This document shows positions 16,936 to 26,550 of a stretch of DNA of 64,000 nt, in pieces. This stretch comes from a virus. A model generated the notes under the pieces. The model saw only the letters and a list, made by a program, of their open reading frames with translations, had not been told where the DNA came from and made no database searches. The DNA lies in IMG/VR virus record IMGVR_UViG_3300014012_000001, positions 30,831 to 94,830 of that record. One strand, given 5' to 3'. How positions within the stretch are numbered: the first letter of the stretch is position 1; every line of letters starts with the position of its first letter. The position numbers and the translations under genes are program-made.

Positions 16936-19425
16936 TTACATGGAACAGGCACCATCGGCGCACTTGGCGACCTCAACCGCATTATCGGTATTGAGGTGCT
17001 CCACCATCACCACTGTACCGTCTTCCATCTCTTTGAGCGAGGAGGTCAGGCTGTTGGTGTAGTAACGCGACTTCAGGCCCATCTTGGTCATGTAGATGAC
17101 ATCGTTGATCATTTCGCTGGTCTTGACGGTCTCGCCTGGTGGCAGGCGCTTCCAGGTATCGGCCGAGATCCCTTGGTCGGTCCAGTACTGCGCCAGACCG
17201 TAGATGTCGATCTGATCGATACTGGACAGATCCCAGCACGACTCGTAGTGCAGTACATCACTTTCCGGCGCGGCAAAACGCGTCACAATACCGTTGTCGG
17301 TCTTGGTCATCACAGCCTTACGAACCGGATAACGACCGTTGGGTTGACCGGCCCCTTTGGAGCTGGACTCGCCCGGCATGTGGGCGACAAGGCAGCTGAA
17401 ACGTCCACCACCGTACGTTACCAGATCCTTGCGGACTTGGTCCCAGTCACGCATGAACGGTTGATCATGGATCTCCATGACGGCCTTAGCACCATCGTCG
17501 AAAATCAGATAACCTTCAGGGTACTTGGTGCGGTGAATCCACGGCGCGTTACCAAACTCACGGCCCAGACGAATCGACTGAGTGATGGCGTGGTAGTAGT
17601 GGGTTTCGTTCAGCTCGAACAGTTTACCCTTGCCTTCACGGGTGGTGTAGCTGTACCCGTTCTTGGCCATCCAGTACGCATCACCGATGATGCCTACACC
17701 TGCGTTCATGCGGTTCTTCGAGGTGAAGCCGATGTGTGGCAGTTCGTAGTGTGTCATGTGGATGCAACGATCGATCATCAGCAGCGCGTAATACATCACG
17801 TCTGCGTATTCTTCGTCACTTTCGATCAGTCCCGGACAGATACCGGCAATGTTACACATCGCCACTTCCGGCTCAGCCTTGCGCTCATCGACTTGCAACA
17901 CATCGAAGTGCAGACCATCCTTGACAAACTGGAACTGCTCACCCTGCTCCAGCTCAATGGCCGGAATCACACGGCGTGAGGCACGCAGTGCATTGACAGG
18001 TGCCCGCTCCACATAAACCGGTTGAGAAGCCGCCAGTTCATGACGATTACCATCGGTGGTTTGGAAACGGAGGTAACCCACGTCCTCGGTCTTGTACAGA
18101 TCCTGCATGTCTGCATACCCGGAGGTCGGCAGCATGATCTCGACACACAGGTTGGTTGCCCAAATGGTGTCATAGAACGGCGTCTGCATGTTGATGGTGT
18201 CAGCCCATGCCAAGTAGTAGCGGCCGGTCTCGTAGGCCTCGTTCATCGCGTTGATGATCAGCTCACGCGCGTTGAAGTAGGTCTTGATGAACAGCGGATC
18301 GGCTTCGTACTTGTTGTACAGGTTCTCGAAGTGTTCAACGTCGCCGGAGAACAGAGCGTCGTGCAGATCAGGTGCGGTGTGACTGTTGAAGTAGAAGAGC
18401 TTCTGCTTGCGAGCTGCGAAGCGCACCATGAATTTGGAGATGGTCATGGTGTAGTCGATCCCGCGGATCTTCTTGTCTTCCACCGACATCGGGTTCTGCG
18501 CCGCCACCAACGTTTCGGCTTCAGGATCAAAAGCCGACCAGCTGACGTTCAGTGCACCACCACGTCCGTTTTGCAGGTTACACTTAACCATAGACTTTTC
18601 AGCACGCAGGTAAGGTAGCTTACCTTGGTGTTCGATGGCTCCGCCACGCACTTCATCCCCGATCGATCGGGTATTGAGGTACGTACCGGTGCCTGCCGAC
18701 ATGTAGGTCATGGTGTAGGCAATATGCAGACCCACCCCGATCGAACGTGCCGAGTCGTGGTTGGTGTAGATACAACACGAGGTAAAGCCCTTGAGCGGCG
18801 TACCCAGGTTGACGTAGTTCGGCGTCGGAGCATTGAGCTTACCGCTGCTGAGGTAGTGATACCACTTGCGGATGTGCTTCATGCGCTGTTCAGTCGGGAA
18901 GCTTTCCGACAAGGCCATGGCCATACGCATGTAGACGAACTGTGGGGTTTCGTAGCTCTTACCCGTCACACGGTTCTGTACCGCGTACTTCTTGTAGATG
19001 TACTCGATACGCGAGTGGATGTAATCCTTGTCCAGGTCATGGTCGATGACCTTTTCCACAGCAGCGTATTCAGCGTCGGTGTAGCTCAGATGGTCCATCA
19101 AACCCAAACCGACCAGCTTTTGATGCAGTTGCTGAACGGTGGGGACGTCATGACCATAAGTGGCTTTCGAAATCATCGGGGCATACAACCGACCGGCCAT
19201 CTGGTAATGAGGCCAGTCTTCGCCACGCAGGACGACGTCGATCAGTTTCTTCTGGAAGTCTTGAGTGGACATCTTCTCAGGACATTCGTTTACCGCAGTG
19301 ATAACGATGCTCGGCCAGTCAACCTTGTGACCCAGCTTCTTGGCGGCCCATTCTGCCCAACGCGCGACTTTCTTCGCTGTAAAGGGTTCTTCGGTACCGT
19401 TGAACTTCACCATGGTCTTAAGCAT
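16936..19425 (-). CDS. nrdA: Ribonucleotide reductase class Ia alpha subunit
   Basis: N-terminal ATP-cone-like region, ETPQFVYMRMAM, PTPNYVNLG, TSCC, TNLCVEI, AMCNIAG, LKSRYY and a C-terminal CADGAC Cys pair. Confidence 0.95.
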   Translation of the reverse strand: MLKTMVKFNGTEEPFTAKKVARWAEWAAKKLGHKVDWPSIVITAVNECPEKMSTQDFQKKLIDVVLRGEDWPHYQMAGRLYAPMISKATYGHDVPTVQQLHQKLVGLGLMDHLSYTDAEYAAVEKVIDHDLDKDYIHSRIEYIYKKYAVQNRVTGKSYETPQFVYMRMAMALSESFPTEQRMKHIRKWYHYLSSGKLNAPTPNYVNLGTPLKGFTSCCIYTNHDSARSIGVGLHIAYTMTYMSAGTGTYLNTRSIGDEVRGGAIEHQGKLPYLRAEKSMVKCNLQNGRGGALNVSWSAFDPEAETLVAAQNPMSVEDKKIRGIDYTMTISKFMVRFAARKQKLFYFNSHTAPDLHDALFSGDVEHFENLYNKYEADPLFIKTYFNARELIINAMNEAYETGRYYLAWADTINMQTPFYDTIWATNLCVEIMLPTSGYADMQDLYKTEDVGYLRFQTTDGNRHELAASQPVYVERAPVNALRASRRVIPAIELEQGEQFQFVKDGLHFDVLQVDERKAEPEVAMCNIAGICPGLIESDEEYADVMYYALLMIDRCIHMTHYELPHIGFTSKNRMNAGVGIIGDAYWMAKNGYSYTTREGKGKLFELNETHYYHAITQSIRLGREFGNAPWIHRTKYPEGYLIFDDGAKAVMEIHDQPFMRDWDQVRKDLVTYGGGRFSCLVAHMPGESSSKGAGQPNGRYPVRKAVMTKTDNGIVTRFAAPESDVLHYESCWDLSSIDQIDIYGLAQYWTDQGISADTWKRLPPGETVKTSEMINDVIYMTKMGLKSRYYTNSLTSSLKEMEDGTVVMVEHLNTDNAVEVAKCADGACSM

Positions 19426-19594
19426 TGGGAAAACCTTTTTCTTCAAGTCAATCGGGGGTTAAAAAATTGTGCCAACTATACCATAGGGTCAACGGAGTTT
19501 AAACCGGACTACGGACCTTCAGGGACGCCCCGCTCTACCTGAAATCGGACACTTTGCATACCCTAGGTTAACCCTGTTATTTCTTATCATCGAT

Positions 19595-19620
19595 AAAATA
19601 ATTTCAAACCTATACTATCT
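19595..19620 (+). promoter_or_regulatory. Putative phage early promoter
   Basis: AAAATAATTTCAAACCTATACTATC, similar to 31162-31187 and to the phiKZ early TATATTAC consensus. Confidence 0.5.
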
Positions 19621-19674
19621 GAGGGTAGTAGTTAGTGATACCCCTTGATCCTTAAACTTAAATGGAGTACCACC

Positions 19675-20580
19675 ATGGATAAGAAAACCTTCAACATCAA
19701 TACCGTCGTTAATGGTCCGGCAAGCGGTGCGTGTCTCGAGGAAGTTCTGGCCACAACCCTCGAATCGGTACAGCTAGACCCGCAGGACATCATTGATATC
19801 ATCACAGTGGCGTCGAAGCAACATAGCCAGTTCCAGAAATACTTCGGTAGTCAACGCCAGTTTGTGAATAACCCCCCCTCCCGCCATCCTCCAGCCCAAG
19901 GCTTCAGTAGCTTCGGAGGCTTTGGACTGGCTGGTCAAGGCATGGGTTCACGCTACAATGAGAGTGCCCGGACCCCTTACTACACCACCTACAAAGGTAA
20001 GGACCATCCAGAATTCTTCGAGCAACTGTTTGCGCAGACCGAATTCCAGATCACCTACCATGACACCGTCCTGACTGATAGCTTCAAGTTTGTCGGGGTT
20101 GAAGGTGACCAGCTGACGTTCTTGGGTCGAGACAAGGAACTGGTCAAGATCGCAGGTGAGGTCGTGTTCCATCAAGGGCGGTTGGAAGTAAGCCTTGAGT
20201 GCACAAAACCCGTCTACCTGTTCCGCATCCAACCCACGTTTGCCAGTGACCTTGGTCTGCGTGAAGCCGTACAGAACAACACCCTCCGCTTGCCGGGCCT
20301 CACCCCCGTCAATCCCTCCACCCTTACGCTGATGGACCACATTCGTAACCACAGATGGCAGGACCTGCAGGAAGGGGATCTAGTGGTACGGGTAGATATC
20401 CCTGAGCAGGTGTACTTCATGGGTCCTCGTATGGAAGAGGATGGGATTCACATACAAGTGAAGGCTATCCCGGTTGAGATCACTGAAACCGAGGAAGGCA
20501 TTCAGGCTACGCCTCAGATGCACTTGGGTATGCGGGCGCTGGATCTGATGTTCCTTAAGCGTTACAAGCATCAGGCTTAA
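19675..20580 (+). CDS. Hypothetical protein
   Basis: ~300-aa ORF from MDKKTF with a GGAG RBS. Confidence 0.75.
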   Translation: MDKKTFNINTVVNGPASGACLEEVLATTLESVQLDPQDIIDIITVASKQHSQFQKYFGSQRQFVNNPPSRHPPAQGFSSFGGFGLAGQGMGSRYNESARTPYYTTYKGKDHPEFFEQLFAQTEFQITYHDTVLTDSFKFVGVEGDQLTFLGRDKELVKIAGEVVFHQGRLEVSLECTKPVYLFRIQPTFASDLGLREAVQNNTLRLPGLTPVNPSTLTLMDHIRNHRWQDLQEGDLVVRVDIPEQVYFMGPRMEEDGIHIQVKAIPVEITETEEGIQATPQMHLGMRALDLMFLKRYKHQA

Positions 20581-20839
20581 ACCCTTAGCGGGTTTATTTC
20601 TACTGATAGCTCTTATTGATTGAGAGCTTATTCGGATAGAATAAGGAGTAAGGCAGTTTATTCTGCCTTACGACTACCACTGCTCTTGCTTTACCTAACA
20701 AGGGGTTGGATAAGGACACAAAGGCCTTATCCTCCCTTTTTATTTTTTTACCCGAGGTAGAAATGCGTAAACACACGATCTACTTAGGTAAGAGACACCG
20801 CCATAAACCTTTAACCCCTAATACCTAATAGGTTCTAAA

Positions 20840-21811
20840 ATGCCACACGCAATTGTTCAAGACTGGAAAGACGCCCCTGCCATTACCCGCATGGTGGGTT
20901 TTTATCACAAAGACTGTACTGACGGTTACTTCAGTGGGGCTTTGCTCAAGCGGGTATTTGAGCACATTGGTAAACCCTTTGAGCTGTACCCGGTAACCTA
21001 CAAGGACGAGCTGCTGAGCTTCGTAATGCCTGGGGATCAAGTGGTCTTTGCTGATATGTCGGCCAGTCCTGACGTCATCTTGGCGATGGCTGAGAAAGCC
21101 GTGGGGGTTGCGGTGTATGATCACCATGACACGGCGATCCGTAAATTCGATCAACTGCCACAAAACTACTTCCAAGACGACAACGTTATTTTGATGTTTG
21201 ACGAAAAACGTTGTGGTACCCAGCTTGTGTTTGACGAACTGGCGTTCCCGATCCTGCGCATTGGTGACCTGCGGCACTACGAGCGCCTGTTGGACCGTGT
21301 ACAGACGTGGGACCTCCAGCTCCCCGATGCTCAGAAAGCCGAATACCGTTCCTTTGCAGCGTACTGTAAGGCCAAGCTGACCAGCATGCGTGCAGTGGAC
21401 GATTTCCTGAACCTGTACATGGTTGATGGCTTTACCTCCGATCTGCGCGTGATGGAGCAAGCCCGCCTGTTGATGGAGACTGAGGACAATCACGTCCAGT
21501 GGGCTATCGAGAACGCCTTGCGCGTGGTGAGCTTGGAGGTACCCAACGGTGACGGTCGCACCACGACGTACAGCGACGTGGCATTGGTCAACGCACCGAA
21601 GTACCTCTGCACCCAAATCGGTCGTGCGTTGGAAGACAACTTCCCCATTGTGATGATCTACCACGAAACGGCTATGGGTCGGGTGTATCGGATCAGTTCG
21701 AAGAAAGGTGGGATTATCGTCAACACCATTGCTGAGCAGTGGGGTGGGGGCGGACATCCCCACGCCTCCGGGATTCAAGTACTGCGTGACAGTTATTTGG
21801 GTCGCCTGTAG
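20840..21811 (+). CDS. DHH/DHHA1-family phosphoesterase (nanoRNase-like)
   Basis: YHKDCTDG, FADMS, YDHHDT and C-terminal GGGGHPHASG motifs. Confidence 0.88.
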   Translation: MPHAIVQDWKDAPAITRMVGFYHKDCTDGYFSGALLKRVFEHIGKPFELYPVTYKDELLSFVMPGDQVVFADMSASPDVILAMAEKAVGVAVYDHHDTAIRKFDQLPQNYFQDDNVILMFDEKRCGTQLVFDELAFPILRIGDLRHYERLLDRVQTWDLQLPDAQKAEYRSFAAYCKAKLTSMRAVDDFLNLYMVDGFTSDLRVMEQARLLMETEDNHVQWAIENALRVVSLEVPNGDGRTTTYSDVALVNAPKYLCTQIGRALEDNFPIVMIYHETAMGRVYRISSKKGGIIVNTIAEQWGGGGHPHASGIQVLRDSYLGRL

Positions 21812-21921
21812 CAATAAATAATAACATTCGTGCATTTTTCTATAGGGTCTTAGGCTCACGCCTAAGCCCTATAGAGTTTCACTTAAACTTACATTCCTAA
21901 ACGGAAGAAAGGGTACGCATT

Positions 21922-22545
21922 ATGTATCACGACTTGGACGCTTTTTTGATTCTGAAGTTGATTGAGATCAACCATGGTAAGAAAGCGATGTATAAAAAAG
22001 CGGTTGAGATGTATAAAGGTAAAGTCAAGGTCAAACCTGAAGTGGGTCAAGGCTTTATCAAAAAATGCATCTTGGGCCGTAATGTTGATCTGGCTTGTCG
22101 TAAATTAGACAGCTATATCGAAGACTACCTGTACTACGCACTCCCTGCTCGTAAGCTGGGTGATGCCGGCGCCATGGGGATGGTCATTCATGATGGTGTA
22201 GTATGGGGCATTGACGTCACCTACGAAACCGAAGAAGACCTGTTGTGGGCTCATGAGAACGAAACTGAAATCTACACCGCTGCCCTCTTTTGGTTGATCT
22301 GGCACTATCGCATTGTCGACAACATTGAGGCAGAGTTTTTGATGTTCGCTAACTGGGGTTTTAAAGGTATCCCTCGTTGGTGGGCGATTAAGAACCTCGG
22401 TGGACCGGTTCCTTACAAAGACCTGTTGTACTACCCTGGGGAGGGTGAGGTCTTAGAAGCAACTTTCACACACAACGAATTGGCTGCCCAACAAGCAGCG
22501 AGGAGAAATCGTCTTGGGGATGAAACTACCGTCGCTCAACTGTGA
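21922..22545 (+). CDS. Hypothetical protein
   Basis: 207-aa ORF. Confidence 0.7.
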   Translation: MYHDLDAFLILKLIEINHGKKAMYKKAVEMYKGKVKVKPEVGQGFIKKCILGRNVDLACRKLDSYIEDYLYYALPARKLGDAGAMGMVIHDGVVWGIDVTYETEEDLLWAHENETEIYTAALFWLIWHYRIVDNIEAEFLMFANWGFKGIPRWWAIKNLGGPVPYKDLLYYPGEGEVLEATFTHNELAAQQAARRNRLGDETTVAQL

Positions 22546-23071
22546 GCAACTCTCGGTATTTCTGTCGTATTTCCCGACGTTGAAGTTACGCTTCTACTGT
22601 AATAGCGGAGCGCGATATGTTCCGCTGGAAATCGCTGCAAGTAAATTGCTGGACCACTTCCAGAGGCTACAAGGATGTATAGCCCTGTTGACCTTGGAAG
22701 GGATAAAACAACCAACTGCTCAACACTCCCCGCGTTACGGGTTAGATGTCTCAGGCATCTCCTGGATCGAGTTGGAGTGGGTGTGCGCGGTCCTTACGCG
22801 TCGCCAAGTCACTTTAGCTGCGGTACAAACTAGGAAGTCATCGAATGACCGTCAAAGTTCGCTCAATCGTTGCAATCGCTCGCAATGGAGTTATTGGCAA
22901 GGAAAACGCTTTGCCATGGCCCCGGTTCAAGTGCGACATGCTATACTTTCGCCTGACCACCATAGGCAGCCCGATCATCATGGGTGCCAATACGTGGAAG
23001 AGCCTCGGCAAGCCGCTACCCGGCCGCCTCAACATCGTCGTTACACGCTCTTTGAATCTACCCACAGATGA
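22520..23071 (+). CDS. Hypothetical protein whose 3' end overlaps DHFR in another frame
   Basis: Fills the 22545-22845 gap; the frame stays open 227 nt into the DHFR gene. Confidence 0.45.
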   Translation: MKLPSLNCEQLSVFLSYFPTLKLRFYCNSGARYVPLEIAASKLLDHFQRLQGCIALLTLEGIKQPTAQHSPRYGLDVSGISWIELEWVCAVLTRRQVTLAAVQTRKSSNDRQSSLNRCNRSQWSYWQGKRFAMAPVQVRHAILSPDHHRQPDHHGCQYVEEPRQAATRPPQHRRYTLFESTHR

Positions 23072-23348
23072 ATCTCTTCGGGTTTTTAACACGTACCCAG
23101 AAGCACTGGCCTTTGCCAAAAGTGTTTCTGAAACGGGTTTTGTTTACGTCATAGGTGGAAAACAACTCTACCAAACTGCCGACACCTACGGCGTAGACGA
23201 GTACCTCATCACCTACATTGATGGGGATTACGAAGGCGATACTTACTACACCCCACCCCTTGACGGGTATGTAGACTCCATGACGTTTACGGAATGGGAG
23301 CACGGGGTAAAGGTCGTATCTAAACACTACAAAAAGCAAGGAGCGTAA
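22845..23348 (+). CDS. folA: Dihydrofolate reductase
   Basis: IVAIARNGVIGKENALPW, DMLYF, IMGANTWKSL, PLPGRLNIVVTR, VIGGKQLY, EGDTYY. Confidence 0.95.
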   Translation: MTVKVRSIVAIARNGVIGKENALPWPRFKCDMLYFRLTTIGSPIIMGANTWKSLGKPLPGRLNIVVTRSLNLPTDESLRVFNTYPEALAFAKSVSETGFVYVIGGKQLYQTADTYGVDEYLITYIDGDYEGDTYYTPPLDGYVDSMTFTEWEHGVKVVSKHYKKQGA

Positions 23349-23351
23349 GAC

Positions 23352-23717
23352 ATGGGTAGCTTTATGACTTTCAAAAAACTGGGGTTGGGGAAGAAGCTGG
23401 GTGTGATCGAGGGTGTGGACTTTAACACCTTCCACCCTAAGCGGGCCACAGTCGGGGTCGGTAAAGCATCCGGCGGCATCGTCTACTTCAATGTCAAAGG
23501 GTGTCGCATCAACACCACAACCGAATCCCTCGAGGAGTTGAACAACCACGTCGGTCATCTCGGCAGTGTCCGGATGTTGACCAATTCGGCTGAGAACCTG
23601 TTCGAAGGAGCTAAGGTTGGTCAGCAGGTACCGTGGAAAGGCATGGTGCTTCAGGAATATCACCTGACCAACGGAACCGTTGGCTACGTTGTTTTGGAGA
23701 ACAGTATCAATGCTTGA
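23352..23717 (+). CDS. Hypothetical protein
   Basis: 121-aa ORF, AGGAG RBS. Confidence 0.65.
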   Translation: MGSFMTFKKLGLGKKLGVIEGVDFNTFHPKRATVGVGKASGGIVYFNVKGCRINTTTESLEELNNHVGHLGSVRMLTNSAENLFEGAKVGQQVPWKGMVLQEYHLTNGTVGYVVLENSINA

Positions 23718-24378
23718 CCACAACCCAATCCCGAGTACCATCTACATCAGCGGCAGCGGCTTTCCGGTGATGTTTCATGGGGTGGCCAGCCACGCCGATG
23801 ACTGTTCGCAAAAGCAGGTGGTGTATTCCCTGTTGACTGAATCGTTCGACAGTGTACGCGGCACGCTCTTTTACAACACCGAGGAAGCTTTCAAAGAACG
23901 CTTCTCCCCCATCTCCACCTTTGACCCTGAACGCAAAACGTTTCGCCGTCGGGTGATTCTGTTGGTGCTGGGTAGCCGCTTCAATACCTTCGGGATGTTC
24001 GCCAACGATGAACACAACCTGAACCTGGTGCGAGAGTTCATGAAGCGTGAGTACCAACCGGTGCGCATTACTAACATGACCCGCGACATCGAGTTCCCTC
24101 GGTACTACACCGATGACGAATGCAAAGAAGGGTGGTTGGAAAACCTCACGTTGCGTGCTTACGGGGATCAGAAACAGTTCCACGTTCTCTCGGCCGATTT
24201 GGTCACTGATCAATTGGAAGACGAGTATGTTGTGCAGTTCTTCCCACGCGATGACAAAGGTCGTTTCGTAGTACCCTCGCGGTACATCACCTCCATCCAA
24301 GTGGAAACTGAAGAACAGCATGCGGACGATGGCCGTGTGATGATCAAACGTCTACACAACGCCTTTGGATTGGTCTAA
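23710..24378 (+). CDS. Hypothetical protein (N-terminus weakly DUF1653-like)
   Basis: ORF from MLDHNP with GGAG RBS. GVASHADDCSQKQVVYSLL...EEAFKERF resembles the DUF1653 pattern. Confidence 0.6.
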   Translation: MLDHNPIPSTIYISGSGFPVMFHGVASHADDCSQKQVVYSLLTESFDSVRGTLFYNTEEAFKERFSPISTFDPERKTFRRRVILLVLGSRFNTFGMFANDEHNLNLVREFMKREYQPVRITNMTRDIEFPRYYTDDECKEGWLENLTLRAYGDQKQFHVLSADLVTDQLEDEYVVQFFPRDDKGRFVVPSRYITSIQVETEEQHADDGRVMIKRLHNAFGLV

Positions 24379-24401
24379 GCGAGGCGTTTAAGGAGTAAGC
24401 T

Positions 24402-24539
24402 ATGGCAGTGTTCGACAGAGCGCTGGTGTTGCAACAGGAGCGTCGTAGGGCCTTTCTAGCCGACCGGAACTTTCTGGTGGGTAACTGCGTATTCCTGTTA
24501 GCGAACCTCGGGTATTGGCTTTACCTCTTGGCGAAATAG
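24402..24539 (+). CDS. Small 45-aa putative membrane protein (not in the ORF track)
   Basis: TAAGGAG RBS; MAVFDRALVLQQERRRAFLADRNFLVGNCVFLLANLGYWLYLLAK*. Confidence 0.6.
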   Translation: MAVFDRALVLQQERRRAFLADRNFLVGNCVFLLANLGYWLYLLAK

Positions 24540-24639
24540 TTGCTACTTGGTTTAGACGGGGCTACGGCCCCGTCTATGCCGCCTATTTTATGAGAGGGCC
24601 TCGTCCTTTTTTTTTTCGTTAGCCTTCACAGGGAGCCTT

Positions 24640-25161
24640 ATGGATACTTTTGTTGGATTCACCAATCTAAGTAACCGCACGGCGTTTGCCTATGACGAGA
24701 ATGCAAGTTTCATACTGGCCGAAGATTTCTGGCGAGTGTGTGTACCATTCCGGTATTATGTGGGTACTAAGGACAGTGACGAATGGGTTGACGTCGAATT
24801 GGGTTTTCTGACCAATGGGGCCGATATTCCACGCATTGTCTGGTCACTCTTACCGCGTCACGGCGAATACGACCAAGCGGTAGCCTTGCACGACAAACTG
24901 TGTGAGAAACCAGAACTCATGACTCCGACCGGACCGAAGGTGATTAGCCGGGCACGAGTCGACTCCATTTTCTACGAAGCTTTACAAGTACTCAAAGTGG
25001 CTTCATGGAAACTCACATTAATTCGAGGGGGCGTGGATCTGCACCGGACCTTCACCGGCGGAAGATTCACAAAACCCAGCGCTGCTAAAGTACACCTTCA
25101 AACTGATCCAGTCGTGCTTAAAAACTACTTCGACGGGTTTGTCCTTAAGACTGTCCTTTAG
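24640..25161 (+). CDS. DUF1353-family protein
   Basis: GFLTNGADIPRIVWSLLP...YDQAVALHDKLC...RARVDSIFYEAL. Confidence 0.8.
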   Translation: MDTFVGFTNLSNRTAFAYDENASFILAEDFWRVCVPFRYYVGTKDSDEWVDVELGFLTNGADIPRIVWSLLPRHGEYDQAVALHDKLCEKPELMTPTGPKVISRARVDSIFYEALQVLKVASWKLTLIRGGVDLHRTFTGGRFTKPSAAKVHLQTDPVVLKNYFDGFVLKTVL

Positions 25162-25196
25162 CCACAGCCCCAGTTACGTAATCCGAGGTGTAGAAG

Positions 25197-25583
25197 ATGA
25201 TTACATTGGACGCTATGGTGGAGAACGGCGATGTCATTCAAGTATTACCCAACACGATTTTCATGCCCATCGCTGACATTGAGGATGACATTGAGAAGAG
25301 CTGTAGTGGTTATGTCACCTACCGGGTGAAGAATGACAGTCAATACTACCGTCAACGCTTTTGCTTGTATGTCAGTGATAGCCTGTTCTCTGAACTTAAA
25401 CACCGCGAAGTCGACTTCATTGTCAGCTTAGGGGAGATGCTTGAACGTCGTTTCGACGATCAAGGACTGATGGTAGTGGAAGTCTCACTGCCAAAAAGCC
25501 ACGGGTACAGTGGTCGAGCTTTTGGTTACTACAGTACCAAACGGCTCTTTAGCTCTGCCGGCATAAAAGGCTTTGGAAAATAA
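25197..25583 (+). CDS. Hypothetical protein
   Basis: 128-aa ORF, GAGG RBS. Confidence 0.65.
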   Translation: MITLDAMVENGDVIQVLPNTIFMPIADIEDDIEKSCSGYVTYRVKNDSQYYRQRFCLYVSDSLFSELKHREVDFIVSLGEMLERRFDDQGLMVVEVSLPKSHGYSGRAFGYYSTKRLFSSAGIKGFGK

Positions 25584-25589
25584 GCGGCA

Positions 25590-26485
25590 TAACGATCCCT
25601 TGGAGGCTCCCTACACGGGAGTCCTCCTAAGGGTGGCCCTGTGGCAGGGGCGCTATCGTTACCGGTTGGCACTCGTTGTGAGAGAATCACAATAAGAACC
25701 TGAGTAGAACGCTGCGACAATAGGTGTAGAGAGTACACGCGACTTGCGGCCAACGCCCAACTTAACACTTTTAAAAACCCGACTAAAGTTCTGGTTGGAG
25801 AGAACTTTAAAGAGAGGCTTTGTCTTAAACAACAAAGTTACCAAACCGCGATGAATTGCAGTTTTCCCACACTGAACGGCTCTGTTAGAAAGATCACCGA
25901 GTGAGAGGAACAACGCGACACTGAGAAAACCCTCGTGAGAGGTTTGCTGACGACCAGCGACAGTGAAGGGTGTTACGGTGTTACGAGCTAAACCAGTTTT
26001 AAACGGGGTCTTAGGTGACTGCTGGTGACAGCCACACCCGTTCAGGACGTTGTGATTATTCACAGTGGTTAGTCCGATACGCAAGCACGAAGCTTGATTA
26101 GATTATGGTACTGGTTGGTACCTTAAGTGACGAGAGCACATTACTCTCAAATTAAAGGTCAAAAAAGTATATATTTACTCAATTCTGTAAAAAATTACTT
26201 TTGTAGGGTTTTTAATGAGTGTTAAAGATACGCTCCATCACTGACTCATCGTGTAGGTGGTGAGGGTTACGAAAGCCCTTTCAGCGCCTAAGAGCGCTTA
26301 ACGTGTGCCCTGAATTGACACTCAGGGGACGAACGAGAACGCTTCTGACCCGTCAAGTCAGTGAGCAGCCGTCAAGCCTATACCCAGCTTTTGTGCGCGG
26401 GTGTTGTTAGGTGACGGGGTTAGACCGACCACTAAGCGCGGAGTGCACCCGTAGGCTTAGTGGTCGGAATAACTTTTATGCCGCC
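25590..26485 (+). ncRNA. Putative large structured non-coding RNA (~900 nt)
   Basis: No credible ORF. Many hairpins plus a long-range helix (25762-25780 with 26206-26225). G-U pairs and GNRA loops fit the + strand. Ends in a hairpin followed by TTTTATGCCG. Confidence 0.6.
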
Positions 26486-26550
26486 TAGAATAAAGAGGTC
26501 ATAAAAGGGTGAGGCTTCCCCCGAAGGGGAAGACCTCGTTTATGCCGACT

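Noticed and set aside
25659..26084. 141-aa minus-strand ORF in the large intergenic region
   Set aside because: TTG start, no clear RBS and atypical composition; the pairing pattern favours a + strand RNA.
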